Source of the DNA: Gnetum montanum
Taxonomy: Eukaryota > Plantae > Gnetophyta
Assembly: GCA_015680685.1 (NCBI GenBank)
Contig: MNCI01003127.1
Coordinates: 326,493 to 390,492, forward strand
Direction of reading: 5' to 3'
Length of the DNA: 64,000 nt
Shown: positions 52,200-64,000 of the stretch, one piece after another
Position numbering within the stretch: position 1 is the first letter of the stretch
Layout of the letters: the number at the start of each line of letters is the position of its first letter
Notes under the pieces: model-generated
The model's input: the letters and a program-made list of their open reading frames with translations, nothing else
What the model was told of the DNA's origin: nothing
Databases searched by the model: none
Made by a program: the position numbers and the translations under genes

Positions 52200-55100
52200 A
52201 TGTCTTCTTCTTCTTCTCACAAAAGCACTTCACCACCTAGGGATCACACAAGAGACCATCGACAATATAACACACATAACCAAAATCCACCAATTCCTTA
52301 GGAATTCAATGTGGTGTACATTCATCATGATGAATATGTACCCAACTTTACCTTTTTCTTCCATCAAGATGAACAGCTGCATTGGAGAGATTTGGAAGGT
52401 AACATAGTATTAGCTCTAGACAGAGTCGTCCCCGACATGCTTCTTCGTGCCCTTGCACGAATTGACATGTTACAATTATACGCTAAATACATTGCATGAG
52501 ATTACAATGCAAGGGACTACCATCCCACAAAAGTGCAATGTCAATGGGATGAGCGGTGGGAGAGCTATCACACATCGTTGAAGGGCAAGGGCCCCCGTAA
52601 TGCTTCACCCATTATAAGAAAAATTAAGGGTAGTGAACTATTCTCATAAGGTCCCTACCAAATGATGTTTCCCCTCCTAATGATGGTCAGGAGGTGGTGG
52701 TTCAGAACCTATGCTCCACGATTCACAACTTGGGTTCTAATCCCCATGAACACCAAGTGTTCAACGAGGGAACATGGACACATGACAAGGGTGAGCATTC
52801 TGATCATCATCACGATCGAGGCAGGGATAACTAAAGAGAAGGCAGGAGACATCACCATGGTGATGGCTCTCCTTCTTCTTTCCCTTCATCACACCATTCA
52901 CCCTCTCCTTCCACATCAGGATGTAGTCAAAAAGAGCACAACGGTGAGGATAAGGGTAAGTAAAAGAAGAGACCTCGATGAGAGAGTCAAGAGAGAGGAT
53001 GAGGGCAGTCTAGAGAATCTAGGCATGGTAGAAGGAAAAGTAGGGAACCACGTAGGCATCATAGAAGTCATGAGAGAGATGATCATGATGAACCCATATT
53101 GCCACCCGAAGTATGTTAAATATCATGGAGGTAGTTAGAATACCAACAAGGCACCAAAAAGATGCTAGGATCAAGAGATTGGATATGAATAACATCCCAC
53201 AATTTGAAGGGGGATATAACGCTGATTCAAAAAATCATTTATAGGCATTCCATGATGCCTGCGCCTTGCAAAATATTGAAAACAAGTGGTAGAAGTTAAA
53301 GTTATTTCCTAGGACACTCATAAAGAAAGCAGAAAGTTGGTACCGGTCTTTAGAGCCGGAAACCATTAGGAGGTGGAGTACAATGCTAGAATTATTCAAC
53401 GATAAATATCATATGTAATCCAGAGTGTCCAACTTATGTAAGCAGATCCAAGGATGGAAGAAGGGTAATCACGAACCCTTGGATGCTACCATGGGCTGAT
53501 ATTATGCATTGTTACATCGTTGCTCAAGCCATGCTTATGCACAATGAGATCAACTCCACCATCTCGTAGATGGGCTAAGACACAAAACTAGGAGAACCCT
53601 TGGGACATATGCCCAAGGGAGATTATCAGAACTTAGATCCCATGAAATTCATTGATTGTTGGAGCAAGTAGCTAAAGAAGAAGTGGAGCTATGGAAAAGA
53701 GAAAGTGCGGAAGAATATAACTGCGATCCTTCCGTTCGAAAGAAGGGAGTAAGATTCTGTGAGGAAGAGGATGAGTCACCACTCGAAGAGTTGGTGAATA
53801 GAAAAACCTTGCCGCTTCAAAAGCTAACAATTGAGGTGTCAGCTAAGGTAGATTAAATGTGGGACTCCTTAGACACTANGGTGTCAGCTAAGGTAGATTA
53901 AATGTGGGACTCCTTAGACACTAGATTTGAAACTATTTTAAAAATTGTAGAAGAGTCTAAGGAGTGAAGTAGTGACAATGATAAGAAAAAGAGGAGAGAC
54001 TTAGGCCATGCACGTGACAAGGGTAAGGGAAAAATGACTATCATCGATGAGGTTATGGATTCAGACACAGACAATGATGGTGGATGTAAGATCTGCCAAT
54101 ATGAACATCCTAAGGGATGTTGCCCAATAATCTCACATCTACAAGAGTCTAGGGTGTATGCACTTAACCTAAGACTTAACAGATGGCAGGCACCCCGAAG
54201 GTTACCTTATCCCCAAGGTAACCTGAGGCAGTTCCACCAACTGTTAATGTATTATACAAGTGGAACTCCACCTCAACCTATCGGGCACATCAGTAGTGGC
54301 AACACCCACAGCCATGGAGGATGCCATCACCTAGGCAACAATACCCTTATCGGCAACCAGATCCTTATGGCTACTATGTGCAGTAGCCGGTTTCTCCAAG
54401 TGACTCCATGGGTCACACGACTCCACAACGTCACTACCAAGTTCAAGAGTATTTTAGAAGGACTGCTTCTCCTCTAGGAGACATACCACATACATACCAT
54501 CCTCTGAACCCATCCTTCTCTCTTACGCTGGTAGTTCCACTACCTCCCACTCCAACAATGCAAGGGGAACTCCCCACTCAACCGCAGCAACGTAATGCTA
54601 CGAGAGCTGTAAACCTTCAACCTGCTGTTGGTTCTGACAACTGCAAGAAGAGAAGACTTTTCTTTAGAACCAAAAGCCCAAACAAGCTCTCACAACCAAA
54701 AGCGGTTGAGTCTATGTATGCTCCTCCAACAATTAAGGCTTTAGAGCTCCCTTCAAACCAACAATAGAGCTTAACGCATATAGTTATGTTAAGACATATT
54801 GTTACCGACTAGATCAAGGTAGGCCACCTTCCCAAGAAACTCTTTGATCCTGGGGGTTCCTTAATCTATCTCCAAGTCACTGGGAATAAACCTCATAAGG
54901 CTCTTCTTGACTCAAGTTTCATAGTCAACTTAATCTCACGAGAAATATATAATGCCTGGAACCTGCCTCCACTTAAGAAGAGAAATATTCAACTAGATCT
55001 GGCTAACCAGTCCATCACCATTCCCTTGGGATTGGTGGAGGACATCATTACCACTATGTGTGGTTGGTCATACCCAGCTGATTTCCTGGTGATAGAAGTC

Positions 55101-55400
55101 AATAGCAACAAAGGGGAATTCCCAATTATAATGGGAAGGACATGGCTAAGTACAATAGATGCATGCCTAGGAATCCGCAATCTTTCCTTGGAAATATCTA
55201 AGGTAAAAATTTATGGAAAGATCAAGAAGAAGAAAGTTCCATGCATCACATACTGTGACTTAGAGGGTGATGACATGGAGGAATGCTCAGCATCTCCTAT
55301 ATGCAACTGGTGTGCCCTAGAAACTCAGATACAAAGGTGCCTATATGTAGCAACCACACAACAAGTGGACACCCCGTGGTTGACAGCTACTTGAAAGAGC
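52200..55400 (+). pseudogene. Athila gag (long N-terminal extension) + protease
   Basis: IPQFEG, FHDACAL, KLKLFPRTL, AESWYRSL, CKICQYEHPKGCC, ALLDSSF, LADQ-like ANQSITIPLGLVEDI, PIIMGRTWL. Confidence 0.87.
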
Positions 55401-57509
55401 AACCCACCAACATGCATGGAACGAACTGGGGGAACAACTCACGCCCACAACGAGGGAATAAATACATTGAAGTATGAGCATCACTGACTTCCATCCCTTA
55501 ACCTAAAAACATCAATCGGGAGAAGTTGGACACTTCTAAGAAATTCAAATAGGTGCTCATTATTTCAGATCTCTCCCTTTCCATTCAGTCATGGGGAAGA
55601 TGGCCACCTATGCTAATAAATTGGGGCCCTCAGTTCTTTTTAAGTTTTTGTTTTACACGTTTTTGTTCTATACATTTTTGTTTTGCACATTTTTGTATTA
55701 CAAATTTCTTTAACTTTTCTTGTTTTTGTTTTACAACATCGTTTATACCTTTTTAATTTCTTTGTGTGTGTGTTATCCATCTTGTCAAGTTTGTCACCCA
55801 ATAAGTGTTCTAAATGATGGTATGAACTATTTTTATATTGATTGCTAATGTTTGGTTTTTACCTTTAAGTCATGATGTTGATACTAAGGTATGGTTCTTT
55901 TGATATGGTAGGCAATGGGTCCACTTCATCCATACATCCACAAATTTCTATGGTCTCTCTTGGCTTGGAAATGTACAGTCCCTTTCTAATAAGAACTATA
56001 ATGAATTGGTGACTCGGCATTTCTCAAACTAAGGAAGAACTCAAGGATTGAAAAGGGTGTGACTTCAAGGGAACTTGATGCATTTGTGTTGGCCATTCTC
56101 TTGGGTGCTTGGATGTTTTCTTCTTAAGTTTTCTTACTGTTTTGACGTTACTTAATTATAGGGAAGCTGAGAAAATAAAAATAACAAATTCTTTGCATGG
56201 TGTGATTCTCACGTATAAACACATAACAAAAAAAAACAGTGAGAATTCAAAGCACACCCCTTAGATGAAATAATCATTTGGGCTACAAGCACTGGTTATG
56301 GAACTAAAATAAAAATGTTCCCTCTAACTAAGGCCCTTCTCACTTCCCATTCTCTCCTCCTTCGTTTCATCGGAATGGTGGTGGCTCTTTGGGAAGGCAT
56401 TCTTGTTACTTCAAGGGGATGGATTGGCCGAATGCATTAATGCAAAGTCATTGGATGTGGTTTGTTTGAGGCCGGACTTGGAATGGGATCTACTAAGTCA
56501 CATTAATCATTCACTACATAAGGGGATGTACACCACCTTGTTCTTGGGATCCCATTCCATTCTCTTCTCTCCATCATTCTCTCCATTGTTCACCTCCTTG
56601 TCGGTTGTATCATTAGTGTATATTTTGGTTGACGCATTGTTTTCTTTTTGGTAAATTCTTGTGGTTAAGACTTTAACTCTTGCTCCAAATGACATTCCTA
56701 GAACCTATGGACTCTTTGAATGTGGGTTTGTCAAGGTATTAAAGGCATGAGCCTACTTTGGGGAGGGCCCACTGACATTCCTATTTGGTGCACCAGTTAA
56801 ATTCTTTTCCTTAACATTTTTGCAATCAACTTTATTTTGTTCATTTCCATCTTGACATCCATTTCATCGATGTTATAGTTGTTTCTTTTTGTCCATCTTT
56901 CTTGTTCTTTTTCTTTCTCCATTCTATCACTATCGGAGGTTCGCTCTTAGTCATGGGGGTCTAGACCCAAATTTTTTTGATTTTCTCCTAACCCCTACAC
57001 CTTCGATAGCCACTATGATATCTCTAGATCCGTATCAGCCATACCACAACTCAGCCAATGGACTTCTCACCGAAGCAAGGTATCGATTGCATTATGATTC
57101 ATTTACCCTTGCTAATATAAAGACTATGTTGTGTGTGCAGATGAAAATAATACAACAACGGATTGGATCTGGAGGGAACACTTGGAATGGATCAGTGCTG
57201 AAGAAGTTATGCAAAGAACAAGATGGATGGTGCACTTACGGATGGACAATGAAAGGTGAAATCTTGGCGTTGGCAGCAGAAAAACTTCTTTCTCTCTCTC
57301 TATTTCTTAGCTGCCAAATAAGGCCTGATGTCAATTGTATAAAGTATTCACTCTTGTTGTTGTGAACACCAGTTTTATCTTGTCTTGTAATGATAATCCG
57401 TTCACATGTCATCCCATTCACCATTAGTTCCATTTGAGTCAATAATCCCATACCATCCCAATATTTTGTAAGGAACTCAAGGATGAGTTTTTATTTAGTC
57501 ATGGGGGTA

Positions 57510-58346
57510 TGATGGGACACGATATCGCATGGGCCACGATATTGCATCCCCCATAATATCACATACGCGATATCGCGTCTTCCCCTACGATATCACGTAC
57601 GCGATATCGCAGTGCACCGTCAAATTTATAAATAAGAGGTGGCTCTCCCTTGTTTCTCATTCTAGGCCTAGACCGTAGAAAAAATCTGGTAGTTTTACCT
57701 CTCCAGAGATAGAATAATTTCCATGTGCCCACAATAGGAACTCCAAAGTGAACGGATCTTTATTCGAGCAAATATTGTACCTGAACACAAGTTTGTGTAT
57801 GGAAATAAAGATGAACTTCTTGGATAAACCTTGCAGTGCATAGACTAAGCTTGATAGGAATTTACTTATTGTTTATCATTTAAACACTTTATTAGTTAAT
57901 TAAATCTCTATCAACCCTTCTCTCGTAGTTAAGTGCATTCAGTACGACTGCTTCAAGCATGTGTGTTACGCTTGGTGATCCTAGTAACGAATAGCGTTTG
58001 GTAACTAAGGTTGCATTGGTTCAGGGTGTGAACGGTAAGTGGGAACAAATACTGATGCTAGGTTAATTAAGGCTTAGTTAGTTAGTTAAAGTTAGTTAAT
58101 TAGTCTCTTCACCCTTTACCTCATTAGCATAAGAGATAAAAAAAGAAGACATAAAAGTCATATATAACCGTGAAAAATACAACCATACAACCGTGACAAA
58201 CACAAGTAAGTCTGGGAAGACAACGAAAAATTAACCTTAAGTGTACCATAAGGTGTGTAGGCACTTAGTCTGCGGAGTTCGATCGGATCGCACGTGTAAC
58301 ACTCATATTCATATGGCTGAGTGTAGGGGTACCTCGCCACTCATCA
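57510..58346 (+). repeat. Athila 3' LTR
   Basis: Preceded by AGTCATGGGGGTA; contains CGCGATATCGCG palindromes and TATAAATAAGAG; ends CACTCATCA. Confidence 0.92.
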
Positions 58347-58582
58347 TAATCGATGTAAGTCCATCAATAAAAAAATCCAAGAGTTAGCACTTAGAAAAAT
58401 CATGGTTTTTTGTTTAGATTTTCTTAAGTCTCTCCCATGCATCCACATATGTTAAATTCTCCTTGTATTAGAAACATGATTATTATCTTTTATAAAAATA
58501 AGTATTGACATAAGATAAGAAATGAATTAAAAATTTAGTTTTAAATTCATCCTAAGATTAAATCAAATAAGATTTTAAGGAC

Positions 58583-59450
58583 CTATACTAACATAGATCC
58601 CAATATATAAAATTCAATGGAAACACACATTTTTGTCTGATTGTTAATATTTTTTTCACATGTGATTATCAAAGGTTCAAAGGCTTGAATATGATGATAT
58701 GAGTTCTCTTCATTAGTACTAAAATAGTCTAGGAAAGCAAATAAATTTTTAATTTTCATATCTACCCTATATGCTAAAAAAAATGGGGATAGGATGATAA
58801 TTGATTTTCTTTCTATTAGGTTTATTAATGAAAGTTGAGTAGACATTTCAAAATAAAAGACTTGATTTTAAAATTGCAAGAATTGATTGAGTTGGTTTAA
58901 TGAAGGAATAAAGTAATTTGGCAATGAATGAGAAATTCTCATTTGAGAAACATTTGACATAATAGAAAATTGTTGGTCTACTTGAAAATTTAAGAAATTT
59001 TGGGGTATACTTTAAACTAATTATTTATTTAGAAATGCATTAGTAGTTTGGTTCACTACTCGAGGAATTTGCATAAATGAAGTGTGGTACTTACAATTGT
59101 GAAACCAATGGAAATGAAGATGGAATTATCAAATATGATATTGGTTGTGATAATGATAAATTGATGATACATTAGAAAACATTTAAAGTATTATGATTTT
59201 TGTTATTATGATAGAGGTTTTAGAAGTAGATTGGATAGGCTAAATATGAGGTTTAACTAGAATAAAATCCAAATAAGATAAGAAGGACAAATTTAGTTGG
59301 GCTTGTTGATTTATAACATTAGTGATTTCTTGGGATACTTGTTGCATATATTGGTGATGTAACTGATTTTGATAAAAAGTAGTGCAAGGATTATTCGGAA
59401 TGTTGACATAATATATAGCATGTACTTATTCCACATAGACTACTAATAAG
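58583..59450 (-). pseudogene. Possible very old Ty3/gypsy integrase remnant
   Basis: RKSIIILSPFFLAYRVDM resembles the integrase motif xxSTGxSPFxLxYG; upstream RISHSLPNYFIP resembles GIxHxxSxxYHP; catalytic residues not recognisable. Confidence 0.3.
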
Positions 59451-59541
59451 ACATTAAAGATATAAAAGTATTAGGAGGTTATTATTGATCTATAAATATT
59501 TCTTGTTACAACTATTAAATCTTGATTATCAATGCGTATAA

Positions 59542-61218
59542 TGTTAAGAATTATTAAAAGTTAAGTTAAATATAGATACTGAAACATTGATAATCAAGAT
59601 TTCCTCAAATTTTGAAGATTTCCTCAAATTTGAAGTTCAAATTGCAAAAACATTGATTTTCTTGATCATAGCTATCATCCTAACCATCAACAAACTAGTA
59701 TTAGAGCTTAGACAATTCAAATTATCATTCATGAAAAATATCTTTTAAACTCAATGATATTCAATGGATTTCAATATTTTCATTTATGGACCAGTCTTAT
59801 GCAAGGCCCTCTCAAATATAATGACTATTGGGACAATGTTCATATTGGCTTTAAATTCATCTATGACTTTGAAGATATGACAAGAAAATATATTAGAAAA
59901 TATGAAAATAAAAAGAAGAAAAATAATCTAGCTAATACAATTCTTCTTACAAGTGTATCTAATGTTATATTCCCAAGGCTTATTCTTTATAAAAAAGCCA
60001 AAGAAATATGGAATATTCTACAATTGAAATACAGAGGAAAATTTAAGAATAGAAAACTGCAAGAATTAATGTTCAAATAGGAGTTCAATTCTTTTAAAAT
60101 CAAGCCAAATGAAGATATTAAAGAATTGTTTTACTAACATGTAAGTGAACCTGAGAAGAATAGATGAATATGGATGTGGCTTACATTAAGAAAGGAAGTT
60201 CAAAAAATCATTTAAAATCTATCTACAAACTTAAGATTTGAAAACATAATAAAACTAAAATTTTTACTTATATTCATTAAGATCCATTGGATTTACTGGA
60301 CCAATTTTAGAATTCATTTTAGGAATTTTTTTTAACTTTTATAACTCATTACTTCCTAGCAAAATCAAAACCATGACTTAGGATTACAAGGCAAGGATCC
60401 TTACCACTAGGTTAACATCTCATTATTAAGTATCAATAAATTGGTTGTTCAAATCAAAACTCTTCTGTCCATGAAAGTATTGATCAAGCATATGTCTCAA
60501 ATCAAAGAGGAATATGAGGAATATTTAAAGGTAGAGGTAGATTCCATTAATAAAATATTAGAAATCAAAACCACCAGGCTAATGAAGATAAACTAGAAAG
60601 TCAAGATAATAGAGAGAACTTAATATCCACTAGAGGAAGAAGATATTCAAGAGGTGGATAAAACAACAAGCACAAAAATAATTTAAATGATTCTTCTATT
60701 CCTTCATGTAGATTTTATAAAATAAAATGACATTTCATTGATGCATGTTGGGAAATAATTCACTTTGAATCTCTACAATTGAAGCAAAATGAAGCATAGG
60801 AGTTTATACAACTAAGAAAGAATCTAAACTAGGTAATTACACTACCCTAAATTCAATCATGAAAATTAAGCAAGTTTCTTGGATAGTGGAGAGTGGATGC
60901 TTAAATCACATGATACCTTTAAAGATAAGCTTTATCAATTATAAGTCCAATAACAAGCTTGAAATGATTAAATTAGGAGATGACAATTTTTTCAATATAC
61001 AAGAAACTAAAGACTACATAGTTACACTTTGTAATAATAATGTCATCACCATTTTTCAAGCCTTCTATATTCCCAACATCTTCCATTATCTTCTAATGGC
61101 TAGAAGAGATATTGATATAAACTTCAAACATAACCTATGTATCATAATAAAGTCAAATGAAGAAGAAGTAACCAAAGTTAAAGCATATAACAAAAAAATA
61201 CATTGTTTGGACTATGAT
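59542..61218 (+). mobile_element. Decayed Ty1/copia element (short LTR, PBS, gag, protease), cut by a later insertion
   Basis: Candidate LTR TGTTAA...TCAACA (59542-59692); decayed iMet PBS TAGTATTAGAGC (59696-59707); gag IFNG.QY..W, IFPRL...AKEIWNILQ; protease WIVESGCLNHM (from W.xDSG.S.HM). Confidence 0.8.
60255..60422 (-). mobile_element. Candidate tRNA-derived SINE inserted in the copia gag
   Basis: The minus strand reads GAGATGTTAACCTAGTGGTAAGGATCCTTGCCTTGTAATCCTAAGTCATGGTTTTGATTTT, with an A-box-like and a decayed B-box-like motif at tRNA spacing, then A-rich sequence; no clear TSD. Confidence 0.45.
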
Positions 61219-62488
61219 TGTTGACCTTTTGGTATGTAAAAACCTTAAGAAAAATGGCTAACAAGGATGGTTGTGTATTTGTTGTGTCTGTAGGACAAGA
61301 ACTTGGATTAATAAAAAAGAAGAGCTTAAAGAAGAAGGACATCTACAAGTTCTCGAGGAAGCATGCAGGAGTTCAAAGAACATGGACAATAAACAAAGAC
61401 TTTAAAGCTCAACTTTGATGTTCAAGAGGAAACATTAGCATTGAAGAACTTATTGAAGAAAGATGTCTCCAAGAAACAACATATGACTACTATCAAGAGA
61501 AGACATCTTCTTGATGATGAAGAAGTCTTGGCTGAGTTGAAGGTTGCTCAAAAGAAGACGTCTCTTAGAAATAGTAGATGTTTTTCTTGTGAAGAAGACA
61601 TCTTCCTTGTGGAGAAGATGTCTCTCTTGAATGAAAGTTTAATGGAGAAAGATGTCTCAATCTCAAAGAAGATGTCTCTAGTGATTGTTAGAGAGCTATT
61701 ACATGAATTTTGAGATGATTTCGGAAACATCCAAGTTATAAGAAGACTTCATTTTCATGGGAAAGGGGCAAGTGTTCTATGCAAGCAAGTGTTAACATCA
61801 AGCAATCATTATGTGAATTATTTTATTGTATTTGTGCACCTCATTGTACTATCTTTTGTACTATTGTAAGAAATTTGTTGTGTTATACTTCAAAGTGCAA
61901 GGACTAGAAAAATTAGATACATCCTTTCCTTGTAATTTTTATTTCCCTTTTATTGTCCTATAGGTTTGATGTACTTATTATGGGAAGGCATCATCCTTGA
62001 GCTTGTTGGGATCCTGTAGGATTGAGTGTTGGTATAGCACCACAACACTTTGGAGTGGAGCTCAAGTTATAAAGGTTGTGGGATCTTGCAAATGACATTT
62101 TAAGCTTATCAGGACCTTGCGGGGTTGAGTGGATTCATGGTGTCAAATCACTCCAGAGTGGAACTTAGAGCTGGTATAGGGTGTGGTACCCTTTAAACCA
62201 AATTTTGAGAGGAACAAAGTCTAGAGGTGCACAAGTGATCTACGCTCCTAGTGTAGACTACCTATGTTGGAGAACCAGATTAAAATTGGTTGTGAGTTTT
62301 ATGACTAAAAAATTTAATTTGGGGAACTTATTCATCCTCATCCTTCTAAGTTCAACGATCCTCAAGTGGTATCAGATCTTGGTACTCTTTCTTCTACATC
62401 AACTTTCAAGAATGAATAATGGTGGGAACATCTTACACAAAGCCACCCATGTTTGAAGGATTCGACTTCACCTATTGGAAAGCAGGGA
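61219..62488 (+). mobile_element. 5' LTR, PBS and gag start of a second Ty1/copia element (SIRE-like)
   Basis: TGTTGACC at 61219 interrupts the first copia pol; LTR ends at ~62364 after ATTCATCCTCATCCTTCT; PBS TGGTATCAGATC at 62367-62378; gag start KPPMFEGFDFTYWKAG (from RPP.F.G.xY.YWK.RM). Confidence 0.72.
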
Positions 62489-64000
62489 TGATGAGTCATG
62501 AATTGGTGGCTACGATATTGCTTACACGATATCATAGCCTAGACGCGATATCACGTACGCGATATCGTAGCCTATCTCCTCATCTATAAATAAGAGATAG
62601 GTAGTTTTGGTAAGAGTCAGTTTTTTGGAAGTTTAAGTTTTCAATAGTTTTTAGTACATCAATTTGTCTTCTCAACCCTTTTCTCCCAGTGCATGCCCAC
62701 AGTGTGATGATTGTAATTGTACGACATCCTTATTCGAGTGTGATGTACTTGGACATGCACATGACGAGCAATAAAGATCGAGATTACTTCATCATTGCAA
62801 CATCCACTTAGCTTAATTATTTATTTAATTGTTATTGTTATTTACTACTTTCTTAGTTAATATCTCTCTACCCTTATTCCTAGTAATGTGGAATGAGTAC
62901 GACTTAATCACGAGCATTTAAGTGTGACTACTTGGTAACCCAGTAGTGTACTTAGGCCATGCATTTGGTAATCCTAGTGGTAGTCATGCACGAGGTCCAA
63001 GATGTGTACAGATGATTGAGGAATGGATGTTCATCGCACTTAGGCTAGTTTAGATTCTCTCTCATACACACTCTCTCTCCTAGTTTAGTTGATATTATTT
63101 CCCATCATCCTCAGGAGTAGCATTAGTATAGGAACACATCATACACCTCACTCTGGACTAAACCATATGTGACAAAGCTAATACTAGTCCAGGTGGGAAG
63201 ATAATGAACTACGATCTACGAGTAACCATCTAGATAACAACTAGCGCTTCTATGGAGTTCGACTGGATCATGCGTGAAACACTCATATTCGTATGGTTGA
63301 GTGTATGGGTACCTTGCCACTCATCATTGGTGTTGTTGCCAGGGACGGTGCTAGTTATCTAGATTAGTTATACCATACAAGGTTTTTGTATAGGAATTAA
63401 TGATATATCTTTTAGGAAGAAATAATTACAAAAAGTCACATACAAATTCACACACAATTTCACAATCATGCCTCTCCTACAAGACTATGATAATGCCACA
63501 TCTAGTGTGGCAATTCATTGGAGAACCGACGAATTATATGACAATAAAGATTGAAGTATGTAATCCAAGGTGGGTGTTTCTTATAAACATAAACAAAGGT
63601 AGCATCATCCCAATGCATGAAAGCATAACTTAATCAATGATGATAAACCCCTACTGGTTACTACAAGCCTAACGCAAATACTAGAGGTTATTCGAATCTC
63701 CCGTAGGCATTGTAAAGAGAGCCACCTACCCAAGCTCAATTTAAACAACTTTCCCAATTTCTCAGGAGGCTATGACTTAGATCCACAACAACATTTACAA
63801 GCCTTCTATGATGCCTGTGCATGGAACAACATTGATAATGGTTAGCAAAAACTCAAGCTCTTTCCTATGACACTTTTTGGCCAAGAAAAAGTATGATATA
63901 GATCGCTAAAACCAAATTCAATTCGACATTGGCCAACAATGGTAGAACTCTTTAACGAAAGATATCAAACTTACGCAAGAGTGTCAGCCTTGAGGAAACA
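62489..64000 (+). mobile_element. 5' part of another Athila element (LTR, PBS, gag), runs off the window
   Basis: LTR TGATGAG...CTCATCA 62489-63326; gag FPNFSGGYDLDPQQHLQAFYDACA, KLKLFPMTL from ~63735. Confidence 0.9.
63328..63345 (+). promoter_or_regulatory. Primer-binding site for tRNA-Asp (Athila type)
   Basis: TGGTGTTGTTGCCAGGGA is a transition-decayed TGGCGCCGTTGCCGGGGA. Confidence 0.85.

Larger units (their letters stand above)
51634..58346 (+). mobile_element. Athila-type element with both LTRs and only gag + protease (TR-GAG-like)
   Basis: TGATGGG...CTCATCA; TSD TAATC (51629-51633, 58347-58351); 5' LTR contains assembly gaps and is followed by the PBS remnant GTTGCCAAGGAC after the N at 52060; 3' LTR 57510-58346; no RT/RH/INT motifs. 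Confidence 0.9.

Noticed and set aside
53835-53923. Exact 44-bp direct duplication in gag
   Set aside because: The copies are separated by a single N, the signature of an unmerged contig overlap.

Overview
AT-rich land-plant nuclear heterochromatin made almost entirely of decayed, nested retrotransposons; no intact host gene is visible. From left to right: an Athila-type solo LTR (949-1743, TSD TTTAT); a decayed L1 LINE (~3170-8103); a CpG-rich patch of host gene fragments (RPL8/uL2, PPR E-domain; ~8240-9060); and a 5'-truncated Athila element (~9668-16142). Next is a 33.5-kb nest whose outer member is a minus-strand Tekay-type chromovirus (17222-50708, TSD GAATC). Its 3' LTR holds two Tat-lineage elements with tRNA-Asn PBSs (17540-34052, TSD AAACC; 35635-41706, TSD GAGAC/AAGAC). 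The first Tat LTR in turn holds a 4.9-kb non-autonomous LTR element (18968-23855, TSD ATAGT). After the nest come a gag-protease-only Athila element (51634-58346, TSD TAATC) and a Copia < Copia < Athila stack running off the right end. The most striking object is the 4.9-kb element. It has LTRs, a tRNA-iMet PBS and a PPT but no gag/pol. Instead it carries an intronless, strongly diverged CCR4-type (EEP) deadenylase ORF with its own ATG, downstream of a 5S rRNA-like Pol III promoter segment. All calls were made by eye from motifs and remembered family features; no database searches were run.
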